A program made the translations under genes and the position numbers. Source: Octopus sinensis (taxonomy: Eukaryota). Taken from it: a DNA stretch of 64,000 nt. Location: contig NC_043005.1 in assembly GCF_006345805.1 (NCBI RefSeq), forward strand, positions 83,514,001 to 83,578,000, given 5' to 3'. Below are positions 41,891 through 52,880 of the stretch, one piece after another. The notes under the pieces are model-generated. The model did no database searches, had not been told where the DNA came from, and worked only from the letters and a program-made list of their open reading frames with translations. Position 1 is the first letter of the stretch. Every line of letters begins with the position of its first letter.

Positions 41891-42259
41891 TCAAAAAAGT
41901 TTAGGATAAATATAGTGGAATTTACCAGCCATTTTATTAATTACTCCAGGCTGAGATGTTAACAGTTCACAAATATATCTATCCTCATGGGTTTTAGGGA
42001 CTGAAAGTGCAGTGGAGTGAGGGTGTTTTTTGGGAATGTGCACCCTGGGGTCTTCCTCAAATTTACACCCGTTTGATGTGAAATGCTCCGTAAGTTCCAT
42101 GGAACCACTGTTATTGTGCCTGATGCCGTACCTATGTCCATTAAATCTATTTTGTAATCGTTCTGTTGTGCAACCAACATAAATCATTTTGTGTTTGGTG
42201 CATTCCGCTGCGTATACCAAACGGGAATCCTTACAGGTCCCTCCTTCTGTGTAAATCAT
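41891..42259 (-). mobile_element. Penelope-like element GIY-YIG endonuclease C-terminal fragment
   Basis: LVYAAECTKHKMIYVGCTTERLQNRFNGHRYGIR fits the VY-x-C..YVG-x-T..L..RF..H pattern of PLE GIY-YIG domains. Confidence 0.8.
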
Positions 42260-42609
42260 AACATTTCTGTAATAATTCTTGATGGGGTCAATAAATTAAG
42301 TACCAGTTGCATACTGGGGCCGATCTGATCAACTGGTCCCCTCCCAAAAAATTTCAGGCCTTGTGCCAAGAGTAGAAAAGAATACACAGAATTAACTCCC
42401 CTGAGATTCTAGTATATTACACAGACACTTGTATTCTTAATGGAAATCCTTTGGCAGAATAGTTAAGATACAGAATGCGACAAGGTTGGCCCTTTTATTT
42501 ACACGTACAGACCATTCTGAAACAATTTTATATAGTTTTTATCAACCCATTTCACTATAAAGCTGGTGTTTAAAATATAAATCAACCATTCTGTTAACAT
42601 ATTTCTAAA

Positions 42610-42840
42610 GGCGGCGAGCTGGCAGAAACGTTAGCATGCCAGGCGAAATGCTTTGTGGTATTTCGTCTGCTGCTACGTTCTGAGTTCAAATTCCGCTGCG
42701 GGCGACTTTGCCTTTCATCCTTTTGGGGTCGATTAAATAAGTACCAGTTATGCACTGGGGTCGATATAATTGACTTAATCCATTTGTCTGTCCTTGTTTG
42801 TCCTCTCTGTGTTTAGCCCCTTGTGGGCAGTAAAGAAATA
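42610..42840 (+). mobile_element. SINE family B, full length
   Basis: Collinear with 37455-37686. Confidence 0.85.
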
Positions 42841-43130
42841 TATTTCTGTTGAAACAGACTACTTTTATTTCAATTAATTTTTAAAATAATGAAATTAATT
42901 GGTCATTATTAAGCTGATGTTTGAAACACAATATGGAACTTAGATGGATGGTTTTAATTTAGACCACTTTAAAACAGGAGATTTGTATCATACAACCAGG
43001 GATGGTTTCAGGTGGGTTAAAAGGATGTTTTGTTTCTAAACATGACTACTTAATTAGAAAAGCTACAATATAACTGAATGTAATTTCAATTATTTTATCA
43101 TTGAAGTTGAATCTAAAATTAATAACTTAC

Positions 43131-43234
43131 AACTGGAACACTATCATATAAGACTTTTGGATAAGATTCTGCAAGTCTGTTTTCTTCTCTGTCCCATCGT
43201 GCGCCATCAAGGTAAAGTCCATACACAAAAACAC
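43131..43234 (-). CDS. DNAH7: Dynein heavy chain exon ([35 protein letters not shown])
   Basis: ttcacag acceptor and gtaagt donor; 104 nt, phase 1 to phase 0. Confidence 0.92.
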
Positions 43235-43444
43235 CTGTGAATAAAGAAAATCAAATAATGCATTACAAAACGTGCAGTAGTAAATTTCCCAGATTTCATC
43301 ACTCTCATCATTGTTGAAATCAAGACCACCACCACCATCACAACTACTACCACAACCACTACAACCACTGCCACTACAACCAGTAGATATATATCTACTG
43401 GAAAATTTATACAAAAATAATAAAAATCCAAGGAATTTCCTTAC

Positions 43445-43622
43445 CATCCTCTGGCGGTTTGGGATAATCTTTCTCTTCTAACACTTCATAGTCAAACACT
43501 AATAAATCAATTGGTATAGTGTACTTCCTAGCATAGTTTTGCTGGGCACCAGTCAGAAAAGCTTGCGTGAAATAAAAACCAGACAACCAAAATACAGAGG
43601 GGGGACCTTCGTCATACCAATC
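43445..43622 (-). CDS. DNAH7: Dynein heavy chain exon ([41 protein letters not shown]...PPED)
   Basis: ttttag acceptor and gtaagg donor; 178 nt, phase 0 to phase 1. Confidence 0.93.
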
Positions 43623-44332
43623 CTAAAATAATAGTAAAAAAGAAAGTTCATAGATTTATGAGAGTTTGGAAACTGAAAAAAAAATTTGTATGTTATTTTA
43701 ACTAGACATAGGCACAAGCATGGCTGTGTGATAAGAAGCTTACTTCCTAACCACATGCTTCCAGGTTCAGTCCCACTGCGTAGCACCTTGGGCAAGTGTC
43801 TTTTATAGCTTTGGACCAACCAAAGCCATATGAGTAGATTTGGTAGATGCAAACTGAAAGAAGCCCATTGTATGTATGTGTGTGATTTGGTTGGTCTGAG
43901 GTAATAGTAGAAGACACTTACCCAAGGTGCCACACAGTGGAACTGAACCCAGAATCATGTGGTTGAGAAGCAAGCTTCTTACCACACAGCCACTCATGCA
44001 GCTATATATATATATATATATATATATACATACACACACACATATATATATACTTAATATGATGAAGTCATTTCCTCATTAGGGATTATATAATCCAAGG
44101 TATTCCACTGGTTTAATCCACATCATATAATGTGAAATTCATATGTTCAGGATTATTGAAATTATCAATATTGGGGGAAAACAAGAAGAAAAAGGAAAAT
44201 AAATGGTTGTAATTAATAATTTATTTGTATGTTATAAAAAGATGACATTTTTTATTAAAATAACAGTACAAATAAATTGATTAGAAGCTGAGAGCTCAAA
44301 GAAAAATAAATTAGAATAGAAAAAGAAAAAAG

Positions 44333-44450
44333 AACCTACATATATGTTTCAGTCCTATCATCTAGTTGATGGGAATTTCAAAGCATTTGGTTTAATGCTA
44401 AGAAAAATTACCACATTCTAACTATATGGTGGTAGGACTTCTTCAAGGTT
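44333..44450 (-). ncRNA. Predicted type I hammerhead with long loop II and palindromic stem III, left copy
   Basis: Minus strand reads aacc TTGAAGA agtccta..(about 75 nt)..taggact GAAAC atatat GTA ggtt: 4-bp stem I, 7-bp stem II and self-complementary ACATATATGT. Confidence 0.6.
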
Positions 44451-44533
44451 AATATAGAGCTCATATAACTTAGGTAATCATTTTTTCTTTTTAATCTTTT
44501 AAATGATTATCTAAGTTATATGAGCTCTATATT

Positions 44534-44649
44534 AACCTTGAAGAAGTCCTACCACCATATAGTTAGAATGTGGTAATGTTTCTTAGCATTAAACCAAATG
44601 CTTTGAAATTCCCATCAACTAGATGATAGAACTGAAACATATGTAGGTT
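44534..44649 (+). ncRNA. Predicted type I hammerhead with long loop II and palindromic stem III, right copy
   Basis: aacc TTGAAGA(44538-44544) agtccta..tagaact GAAAC(44634-44638) atat GTA(44643-44645) ggtt. Confidence 0.55.
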
Positions 44650-44787
44650 CTTTTTCCTTTTTTTTATTTTAATTTATTTTTCTTTGAGCTCTCAACTTCA
44701 AATCAATTTATTTGTACTGTTATTTTAATAAAAAATGTCATCTTTTTGTAACATATAAATAATTACATACATTTATTCTCCATTTTT

Positions 44788-44827
<40 letters not shown>

Positions 44828-44880
44828 AGAGAGAGAGAGAGAGAGATGTATATATATATATATATATAAGCATATACACA

Positions 44881-45003
44881 CAGGGCTGGGCAAAAGTAGG
44901 TATACAGTTGTTTAATATAAGTGAAATTCTTATTCTAAAAAAAGAAATATAAAAATGTAAAGAACATTCCACTTATATTAAGCAACTTTTACCCACCCAT
45001 GTA
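44881..45003. mobile_element. Small degenerate Tc1-like MITE
   Basis: CAGGGCTGGGCAAAAGT..TTTAATATAAGTG at the left and CACTTATATTAAGCAACTTTTACCCACCCATGTA at the right are imperfect inverted ends. A related end occurs near 62110-62142. Confidence 0.45.
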
Positions 45004-46039
45004 CAGACAGACAGACACATACACACACACACACAACCATTGCATATAATAATTAGTTGGTTTGTTTGATTGACATAGCAAGAGGCTGTCAAATGACAGA
45101 AAGTGTGTGAGAGAGAGAGCGACAGTAGGAGACAGGCGTTTTTACTCCCATTTTAGTTCTTATACAATATATTGTAAGATATATAAAGACTATCACATGA
45201 TGTATTGTATTGCAACCAAAAGGAAACAACAATTAATTAATTAACAACTGGGTAATAAATATATATTACACACATAATTGTGGTAATAATATAATAATAA
45301 TAATAATAATAATGGTTTCAAATTTTGACACAAAGTCAGCACTTTCATAAGTTGGTTGCATTGGCCCCAGTGCATGACTGGTACTTTTCTTATCAGCTCC
45401 AGAAGGATGAAAGGCAAAGTCGACCTCAGCATTATTTGAACTTGGAATGTAAAAATAGATGAAAAGCCACTAAGCATTTTGTCCGGTGTGCTAATGACTC
45501 TGCCAGTTAGCCACCATCATAATAATGATGATGATGATAATAACTGTTTCTGATTTAAGGATGAAGCCAGCAGTTTTGAGGGAAGGGGTTTGTCTAACAA
45601 TGCTGCTATGTCATATTATTCAAACAGTTTATGATATGAGATTCTATCTGCATGAAGAACAATAGGTAAGATTAGTAGTAATGTATTTACTAAAGGTAAT
45701 ACCAAATGTATAACACTGAATATTTACTTGTTCATCAGTTGCTTTAACAAGCATGAGAAGGTTATTCTCTACTAAGGAGATCAGAGTAAAAGTGAAACAC
45801 GTCTGGTATTAACCCACATACTTGTCAGAAAAATAAAAATTAGTCATTAATCAGTATTTTTTTTTTTTACTTACCATATATTTATTTCTAGTAAATTTTA
45901 AAATTCCTCTTGCATTGAATATATTAACACCCTATATACTTTTTGTTTGCGATATTATTTAAGGTTTGAACTAAAAGAAGATAAATTACAATAATTATTG
46001 TAATTTATATTATTGTTATACAATCTGCATTTTATATAC

Positions 46040-46192
46040 CTGTAAAAACTTTAGTCTGCTCAGGAAATCAGTAATGTAACTTCCCAAAGGTTTCAGCGAT
46101 GGATATGACTTGTTCATCCACATGCCTGGGATTTTCCCTTTGAGAATATTCACAACAACAGCCTCCAAGTCACTTGACATCACTACTAAGCC
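46040..46192 (-). CDS. DNAH7: Dynein heavy chain exon ([10 protein letters not shown]...[27 protein letters not shown])
   Basis: ctttag acceptor and gtatat donor; 153 nt, phase 0. Not in the ORF track; translated by hand. Confidence 0.93.
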
Positions 46193-47480
46193 CTAAAGAA
46201 ATATAAGAGGAATTAATGAAGCATTTAGGTCATAGCACAATTTTAAACTTTAAAACTTTTTAAGACGCTATTGTCTTATGATGAAAGTAAAGAAACAAAG
46301 TTTGCTTTAGAAGCATTGAGATTTATTGAAAGATAAGAAAATAATTTTATTTTCAAATGCAGGATAATGCTAATTAGCATTTTCCTGCATTTGAGAATAA
46401 AATTATTTCCTTATATTTAAAACTTTTAAAATATTTCTGTTGAAATACACAGCCTTTGGTTCAATTAATTTTGAAAACAACGAAGAGTTTAATGAAATAA
46501 CTTGGTCCTTATTGACTTGGTGTTTCAAACAAGAATTGTTGCTGATTTTGGTACAAGGCCAGCAATTTTAGGGTTAGGGGTCAGTTAATTTCATCGACCC
46601 CAGTGATCAACAAGTACATATTTTATTAACCCCAAAAGGATGAAAGGCAAAGTCAACTTCAGCAGAATTTGATCTCAAGTTGTAGAGAGTTGGAAGAAAT
46701 GCTACTAAATATTTTGTCTGATGCAATAATGATGCTATTTAGACCATATTAAAACATGCAACTAGTATCAAGGAACCAGAGGCAGTCTCAAGCAGGTTGG
46801 AATCAAGAGGATTACAATTTAATGTGATTGTATTTATGATCTCTCACCATAACTTTATGCATAAGCATTTTTATAAAGTTCCAAACTCTGATTTTATAAT
46901 ATAAAAGCCACTTATTTCAGTAAATTCATCCAAATTATTTTATTTTTTTCAAAATTAATCAAAACGTACAGGCAGTGTATTGCATAAGAAATATGGTCAC
47001 AAAAGGAACAGAGCAGCCAGCACAGTGAAGACAAGACAAAAAAGATTTCAATATATATCAAATAGCAATGATTAAAGTGATTGACTCCTGATATAAAAAA
47101 AAAATCAAAGAATAACAGCTACTTAGAATCTTCATCCTTGCCACCACTGCTATTGTCATCATCACCATTTTGACAACCATTTTTCCATTCATACATGGAT
47201 TAGATGAGTTCTTTCCTACATTTATAGTGTTCCTTTGTCATCTCTTTTATGAGGTTCAACTTCTATAGACAGACCAGTCTTTGCCACATCTGTCCATGTT
47301 CTCTTTGGTCTTCCTCTTCTGTTGGATCTTTCTACACGAATCTTGTGGTACTTCAATGCATATTACATAGCTAGCCAGTATAGCTGTCACTCTTGATTAC
47401 TATAATCAATTCCTCTTATAACCTGCTTTTCTCTCAGCTCATCTATGCCTTGAGTAAGCATTTGAATATAATAACTGTAC

Positions 47481-48010
47481 TCATCATCATCATCATTTAA
47501 AATCCACTTTCCATGCTAGCATGGGTTGGACAGTATGACTGAGGGCTGGCAAACCAGATGGCTGCACCAGGCTCCAATCTTGATCTGGCAGAGTTTCTAC
47601 AGCTGGATGCCCTTCCTAACGCCAACCACTTCAAGAGTGTAGTGGGTGCTTTTACATGCCACTGGCACAGGGGCCAGTCAGACGGTACTGGCAATGACCT
47701 CGCTCAAATGTTTTTACAAGTGCCAGTGAGGCGACGCTGGTAATGATCATGCTCGAATGGTGCCTTTTACATGTCACCAGCACGGAAGCCAGTTAGCCGC
47801 TCTGGCAATGATCACGCTTGGATGGTGCTCTTAGCACCCTACTAGCACGGGGCTCAAGTGCCAGTAAGGCGACGCCGGTAATGATCACACTCAAATGGTG
47901 CCTTTTATGTGCTACTGGCACGGAAGCCAGTTAGCCGCTCTGTCAACGATCACACTCGTATGGTGCTCTTTGCACCCCACTAGCACAGATGCCAGTCAGC
48001 GAATTTGATT
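47481..48010 (-). mobile_element. RTE 3' UTR copy with internal tandem subrepeats, antisense
   Basis: CATCAT head and CCATGCTAGCATGGGTTGGAC, with repeated GCACGGAAGCCAGTTAGCCGCTCT..ATGATCAC units. Confidence 0.8.
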
Positions 48011-48699
48011 GTGAAAATTAAGAGTAAGAGCATTCTAATATGTTAGAGTACAGAAGGGCAATGCTCCAACAGCATATCTTCAGCCACATAATTTTGGGTT
48101 CAGTCCCACAGTATGAGACCTTGGGCAAGTGTCTTCTACTATAGTCTTGGGGCAAACAAAGCCTTGTGAGTGGGCTTGGTAAATGTGAACTGAAAGAAGC
48201 TCATCATGTGTGTGTGTGTGTGTGTGTACACACTTATACATGCGTGTCTCCTTGTCTTGACATCACATGACTGTAAGCAAGATTTATCATCATATAAGCA
48301 GGACCATTTGTTTCCAATCTACCATGAAAAAATGTCCAGTGAAGGGGAACTGCTACCTTACATGCAAACAAGTGAGAGTTGGCAGCAGGAAACGCATCCA
48401 GCTGTAGAAAATCTGCCTCAACAAATTTCAGCCAATCCATGCAAGCATGGAAAGGGTACATTAAAACAGTGATGATAAGCTCTTTGAGCAACAGAACTAC
48501 GAATCATTGACTTAGTGTTAATGGCCGAATATTCCACAAACAATTGTACTCTTCATGTAATCCTGAAGTAGAATCAGTGAGACATTAGGTGAAGCAGTGT
48601 ATGACACAGGATGAGTCAAGACTTAGTTTCTGAACAATTGGTACAGTTTATTAGACAGGTGGTGCTGCTGGTGATGATGATGAAAGCAACAATGATGAC

Positions 48700-49010
48700 G
48701 GCAGCAATGACTATGATGATAATGATGACAAGAACAATGTGACAACAAGGATAACGATGACGACAACAATGACAATGATGATGACGACAACAACAATGAT
48801 GATGATGACGACAACAACAATGATGACAATGATGATGATGACAACAATGATGATGACAACGATGATGACAATGATGATGATGATGACAACAACAACGATG
48901 ATGATGATGATGACAACAACAACAATGATGATGATGATGACGACAACAACAATGATGACAACAACAACGATGATGACAATGAGGATGATGATGATGATGA
49001 TGATGATGAA
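48700..49010. repeat. Compound trinucleotide microsatellite (ATG/ACA/ACG)n
   Basis: About 300 bp of interleaved GAT, AAC and GAC triplets. Confidence 0.95.
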
Positions 49011-49066
49011 GAAGCTGAATATTTTTCTTTCATTTAATTTTTACATTTCTCTAGCTATTAAAATAC

Positions 49067-49297
49067 CTTAATTGCTTTCCGTATATCCTTGAGACTGGAT
49101 CGAATCACAATCAGCAACTTGTTGAACCTCACCATCTCCTGTACCAACACAGTGTTCATGCTTTGCTTGTATGAAGTTGGGTATTTGAAATTAGCCTCGT
49201 TAATATCAAAATCATCAGGAAGCTTGTTGATGATGTCTGTTGCAACTTCATCCACAACGTCGTCTGTTGTTTTCCCAGTACTTGAGGTAGATTTTGC
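49067..49297 (-). CDS. DNAH7: Dynein heavy chain exon (AKSTSSTGK...[17 protein letters not shown]...KAIK)
   Basis: tttcag acceptor and gtattt donor; 231 nt, phase 0. Confidence 0.93.
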
Positions 49298-50415
49298 CTG
49301 AAACAAAGACGTAGAGCGGGATTGCAAACATTGTCACTCTCACTTGATCTTGGGACTGTGGGTTTGGATGTATGTTCCTTGATAATGAGTTGAAAAAATA
49401 AATCTTTTGATTTAAATCAATGAGAAAGAAGTTTTTATATAATGGTATGAGGGGAACCTCTACATAGTCATTCAACCTGCTAGAAATAGTTGCCTAATAT
49501 CCCTCAAAGTATTTCTCATTGTTTTGAAAGGGAATGTAGTCGAAGTTGCTTGATGCATGAAAAGACAAAATGATCCTGGATGGAACACCTTTTGATCATA
49601 AGTGTATTCAGTCAAGGCACGCCTGGGGCTAAAAGACAGAACATGTAAAAATACAAAGCATATAGGAAACATATTCATGGTTACTTAACCATGCTTGTAT
49701 GAAGCTATCCATCAAATTTTATCTTGATGTTTTATAATCAAATTTTCAGATTTTATATATACATATACATATACATATATATATATATAAAATTCAATTG
49801 CCATTAATTGTGACTGATGATGCAGAGTAGTACCTACATTACTAGAAATAAGAGTTTAAAATCCCGTAGCTGCAAGGAAGCACAATTCCATACACTGATA
49901 AGGGAGATAACTGCCCCACAATGAGCTAGATCACCATACTAGTCTAGTTTCACTTAAAATTAATGCTCATCAGTAGTGACCATTGCTGGTTTGGCTAAAT
50001 CCCAGCTGTCAGTATATAGTAATTGCCACATGAATCAGTGGCTGATTCAGCAAAATGGTAATGTGAAAATTATAAAATAACAAAGGTTTCTTTATGCAAT
50101 ATAAAACTGAAAAGGAAAAATTCAGTTGTCACTAATTGTGACTGATGGTGCAGGGTAGTACCTACATTGTTAGAATTAAGAGCTATATATATGATGATTA
50201 TGATGATATATATATATAATAGAAATATGTTACAAAAAGAAAATAGAAGCTAGACGTGGAAATATAAGGGGAAAGTAAGAAGGAAAATAAGTGAAAATGC
50301 ACATTGGAAATTAAAAAAAGTAAAGGCTTTTTATGAAAAGTAAGGATAGATATATACAATTAGATGAACTGAGGTAGGAATAAAAGTAATAAAAGTCATT
50401 ATTGTGTTAAAGAGA

Positions 50416-50460
50416 TTCAAAAGCATGCCGGTTTCGTAAATTACTAATCATTGCTTTGAA
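50416..50460 (-). ncRNA. Predicted minimal hammerhead (A3-U8 core variant), probably inactivated
   Basis: Minus strand reads ttcaaagca ATGATTA gta-att-tac GAAAC cg GCA tgcttttgaa: 9-bp bulged stem I and 3-bp stem II. U16.1 is replaced by C. Confidence 0.55.
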
Positions 50461-51756
50461 TGCACACCGATGTATATATATATATATATATATATATACA
50501 AACACACACACACACACACAGATAGAACAGACAGATGCATACATAGATACATCTATATAATGATGACTACTGTACTTCATCAACTGGCATTTAGATATTT
50601 ATATATAAATACACATGTACATATATATCTAGATATCTATACACACATACATATACAAGTACACATATGATTAAATATACCATATAAAAAGAAAACAATA
50701 TTTCTGCTCATAAAACAGAATTCAAATAAAAAAGGGAAAAAAAAATAGTTGAGTGATTGTTTAAGAAACTGTTAGTGAAAAATGTAAATAAAATTATTTG
50801 GAAATCCAGTGAAATATATTAAATATTGTCAAAACTGATTAGAATTATTATTATATATATATTTAATGGTTATTCTGTGCAATGTCTGTAACAAAGCTTA
50901 GCTTTACTTCTGACAAGCAAGCGAACATAGATAGTGAATTAGAGAGTGAGAAAAGTGATTTATAGAATGATTAATTAAAATGATTTATGGGGTTTAATTA
51001 AGGATGCTAGTGGTAATTTGTATTAGCAAGAATCAATTTGTCATAGATTAGAAAACAAAATAAGTCATGTTAGTTCTGGAAAGAAATACCAAACATTTTC
51101 AGGCAAAGCCATTCACTGAAGAATTTTTAGTTGTTGTTATTCGAGATAAGTTTGTTTTCTAATGCTTACCCGTTTCTGTGGAGAGGAAGCCGTGGACATT
51201 GAATTTCAGATCAGGAGGTTTACAGTAAATTAATTAGTAGAAGAATAAATAACAAGAATCCACACAAGTTAGCAAATAATGTATCAATATATATCTATTA
51301 AAGTGAAAAATAATGCAGCATAAAAAGACACAATCAAGCTACGTTTCAATGGCGTGCCCAAAACTCAAGCCAAGGAGAAACGCTTTGGAAAATATTAACG
51401 TATGGTGTAAGGTAACAACTGGCAATATGAGAGTAGTTTGGAAAAATATAGCTCCTCACTGTACATGTAATTTTGGTTGATTCCAGTCCGAATCCATCTG
51501 ACTTGTTTGTACAGTGAACCATAGCAGGGATCATTCAACTTGGTTAGAATTACATAAATAAAACTAATTGTGTCACAAACATTGAATGGACCAGGTCATT
51601 GGGCTGAGGGTAAGTTTCTTCTTTTCCACCAGTATCAGGGGCTCTAAAAATAGTTAAAGGTGCTACCTTCCTTTCTCTTCACACACTAAGCTTCACACAA
51701 CCACACTCTCCCAAGAAAGAAAGAAAGAAAATTATAGAAAAAGTGAAAGAAAGATA

Positions 51757-51846
51757 AATGGATGGATGGATGGATGAGTGGATAGATGGAGAAAGAGGGG
51801 TGAGAAAAGAAAGAAAGAAGGAAGGAAGGATGGATGGATGGAAGGA

Positions 51847-51930
<84 letters not shown>

Positions 51931-51932
51931 AA
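51757..51932. repeat. (GGAT)n and (AAAG)n microsatellite
   Basis: Direct inspection. Confidence 0.95.
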
Positions 51933-52448
51933 TCTTCTCTAAGCTAGAACATTGTCATGGCTAGCAACACAGCACAGTGATGGCAAAAGAAGCAATAGCC
52001 AATAGTTTTTGGGGAGTTCATTTCTCTATTAACTTAACCAAGTCTAATTTTCATGTTTGCCAGACAATTATAAGCATTTATTTATTTATTTGTTTGTTTT
52101 CTTGTTTGTTTGTATACTTATTTATTTTGCTTTCACACAGAGATAATCAGTTTCATCTTCATAATGGAAATCTCTGTCTATATATATATATATATCACTT
52201 ACAAGAAAGGGAGGCTTCTCTGCAGTTGTATGACATGCTAGAAATAGAAGTCAAACTTTCTTCTACAATACCTAAAGAACAAGAACAATGGATAATGCAG
52301 TTCTACAAACACCAAAACTGAATAAAAGATGGAATGTTCAAAGCTTTTGGTTATAGTTTTGCTCAATCAGGGCTCCTTGAGGGGTAAACAAAAACAGCAG
52401 CAGCAGACAAGAACTGACCAATGCTAAGGGCTTGAACTGATAACCTAC

Positions 52449-52586
52449 CTGAGTCAAAAGGATGTTATCAAACAACAACTGTGTTTCTGTTCGATCTTTT
52501 GTAATGTCAGCATTTGCATTCATTCCAAAGATTTCAGGTGTCGGGTTCAGAGGTAGGTCTTTTGTGTAAGAAATGTAGCTTTCATA
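52449..52586 (-). CDS. DNAH7: Dynein heavy chain exon ([46 protein letters not shown])
   Basis: ttcttag acceptor and gtaggt donor; 138 nt, phase 0. Confidence 0.93.
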
Positions 52587-52766
52587 CTAAGAAAATAAAA
52601 ATATTTGGAATCATCGTTTAGCGTCCGCTTTCCATGCTAGCATGGGTTGGACATATATATATATATACCGGAATAAACACATAAATGTGAAACAAGGTGG
52701 AAAAAAGAGTACTCAAATGCCAGTGGTAGAGTAATATGCTTTATTTAAAAGCAGCAGAAAATTCAA

Positions 52767-52816
52767 CAAAACCTGTTACTCTGAGTTTCACGTTCCCGTT
52801 CGTCGGACAGTTTTTG
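52767..52816 (-). ncRNA. Predicted minimal type I hammerhead (CCGACGA core, GNRA-capped stem II), left copy
   Basis: Minus strand reads caaaaactgt CCGACGA acg-ggaa-cgt GAAAC t-cag-a GTA acaggttttg; stem I pairs at 9 of 10 positions. Confidence 0.65.
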
Positions 52817-52830
52817 CTAGAAAAAACTAG

Positions 52831-52880
52831 CAAAAACTGTCCGACGAACGGGAATGTGAAACTCAGAGTAACAAGTTTTG
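52831..52880 (+). ncRNA. Predicted minimal type I hammerhead (CCGACGA core), right copy
   Basis: caaaaactgt CCGACGA(52841-52847) acg-ggaa-tgt GAAAC(52858-52862) tcaga GTA(52868-52870) acaagttttg; stem I pairs at 8 of 10 positions. Confidence 0.6.

Noticed and set aside
48623-49071. Poly-Ser/Leu and poly-Met/Thr ORFs (136 and 110 aa)
   Set aside because: These are translations of a trinucleotide microsatellite in a dynein intron.
51335-51372. Minus-strand GAAACGTA with an upstream TTGAG
   Set aside because: The core does not fit and stem I is at most 3 bp.
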